A stretch of DNA of 64,000 nt from an uncultured Opitutus sp. (GTDB lineage Bacteria; Verrucomicrobiota; Verrucomicrobiia; Opitutales; Opitutaceae), in the NCBI GenBank assembly GCA_964476965.1, contig CAYZCV010000003.1, forward strand, positions 1,184 through 65,183, written 5' to 3'. The position numbers and the translations under genes are program-made. A model generated the notes under the pieces. The model was not told the DNA's origin. It was given only the letters and a program-made list of their open reading frames with translations, and ran no database searches. Positions 63,655-64,000 of the stretch are shown here, piece after piece (position 1 is the first letter of the stretch; the number at the start of each line of letters is the position of its first letter).

Positions 63655-64000
63655 ATGCTGCCGTCCCCTGACCTGAACTCCCTGAACAAGTCCGCGTGGG
63701 ACGCGCTCTATGCCTCCACGTCGGAATCGATCTGGGGCCGCGAACCGGTCGGTTTCCTCGCTTCCTTCCTGCCCGACCCCGCCAACCTTCCCGCCGGCGC
63801 CGTTCTGGACGCGGCGGCCGGCGAGGGCCGGAATCTTCCGCCGCTCCTCGCGCTCGGGCGTCCGGTCATCGCCTGCGATGCGTCGTCCTCGGCTCTGGCC
63901 AAGATCCCGCCCGCCCTGGCCGGCGCCATCCGCAGTGTCACCTGCGACCTCGCCAGCGTGCCCCTGCCCGACGCCTCCTGCGCCTTCATCCTCGCCAGTG
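63655..64000 (+). CDS. Class-I SAM-dependent methyltransferase, N-terminal part (runs off the window)
   Basis: Not in the ORF track because there is no stop in the window. My own translation from ATG 63655: MLPSPDLNSLNKSAWDALYASTSESIWGREP...AVLDAAAGEGRNLPPLLALGRPVIACDASSSAL (motif I VLDxxxGxGRN plus an acidic residue after beta-2). Open to base 64000. Confidence 0.5.
   Translation, partial: MLPSPDLNSLNKSAWDALYASTSESIWGREPVGFLASFLPDPANLPAGAVLDAAAGEGRNLPPLLALGRPVIACDASSSALAKIPPALAGAIRSVTCDLASVPLPDASCAFILAS

Overview
The window is a visibly GC-rich (roughly two-thirds G+C by eye, not computed), gene-dense chromosomal segment. I call 52 protein-coding genes. I saw no rRNA, tRNA, CRISPR array, transposase, integrase, phage gene or recognisable defence or toxin-antitoxin gene. 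All family assignments come from motif recognition by eye; no searches were run.

Almost everything is uptake and catabolism of amino sugars, acid sugars and small organic or amino acids, arranged in compact operons:
- **932-9977 (+):** six genes. MFS permease, an amidohydrolase::class-III aminotransferase fusion, a homologue of the animal peptidyl-alpha-hydroxyglycine alpha-amidating lyase (PAL), a Tat-exported TIM-barrel-like protein, a NagA-like deacetylase and a second MFS permease.
- **10001-15132 (-):** six genes. YhcH-like protein, SGNH esterase, DHDPS-type aldolase, SDR, enolase-superfamily dehydratase and D-2-hydroxyacid dehydrogenase.
- **15429-26046:** a TonB-dependent receptor, a FadR-type GntR regulator and a divergent eight-gene operon. 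The operon holds two Gfo/Idh/MocA-type genes, a ferritin-like di-iron protein, an HpcH aldolase, three SDRs and a CBM9/DOMON-like protein. An identical 15-bp GTATAC-centred site precedes both the receptor gene and the operon.
- **26049-33337 (-):** a Bacteroidetes-style sialic-acid operon (NanA lyase, AGE-type epimerase, long NagB::LmbE) extended by a Gfo/Idh/MocA oxidoreductase, an FMN alpha-hydroxy-acid oxidase and a Kelch protein. An AraR-type regulator is divergent from it.
- **34582-45934:** an aldo/keto reductase, an epimerase, an FAD oxidoreductase with a discoidin-like tail, a second HpcH aldolase, a NahK-like N-acetylhexosamine 1-kinase and a 3-hydroxyacyl-CoA-dehydrogenase-family enzyme. 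These are followed by an operon of CE7 esterase, sodium:solute symporter, SDR and class-IV aminotransferase.
- **46227-48992 (-):** a 921-aa Tat-exported orphan protein.
- **49131-59745:** a BKACE enzyme, an RpiR regulator, a class-III aminotransferase, a thiolase, a fused CoA-transferase, GGT and a YdiJ-like FAD/Fe-S oxidase.
- **59778-64000:** a secreted D-aminoacylase, then a LysA-like decarboxylase translationally coupled to a methyltransferase, then a second (partial) methyltransferase.

The family mix and an ATCCGTG-type intergenic repeat suggest a Verrucomicrobiota (Opitutales-like) or other PVC-group genome. This is a low-confidence inference.

The two best candidates for undescribed biology are:
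1. The regulon sharing the 15-bp site: TonB-dependent receptor plus the eight-gene oxidative operon with a di-iron protein.
2. The operon containing the PAL-like lyase and the amidohydrolase::aminotransferase fusion.
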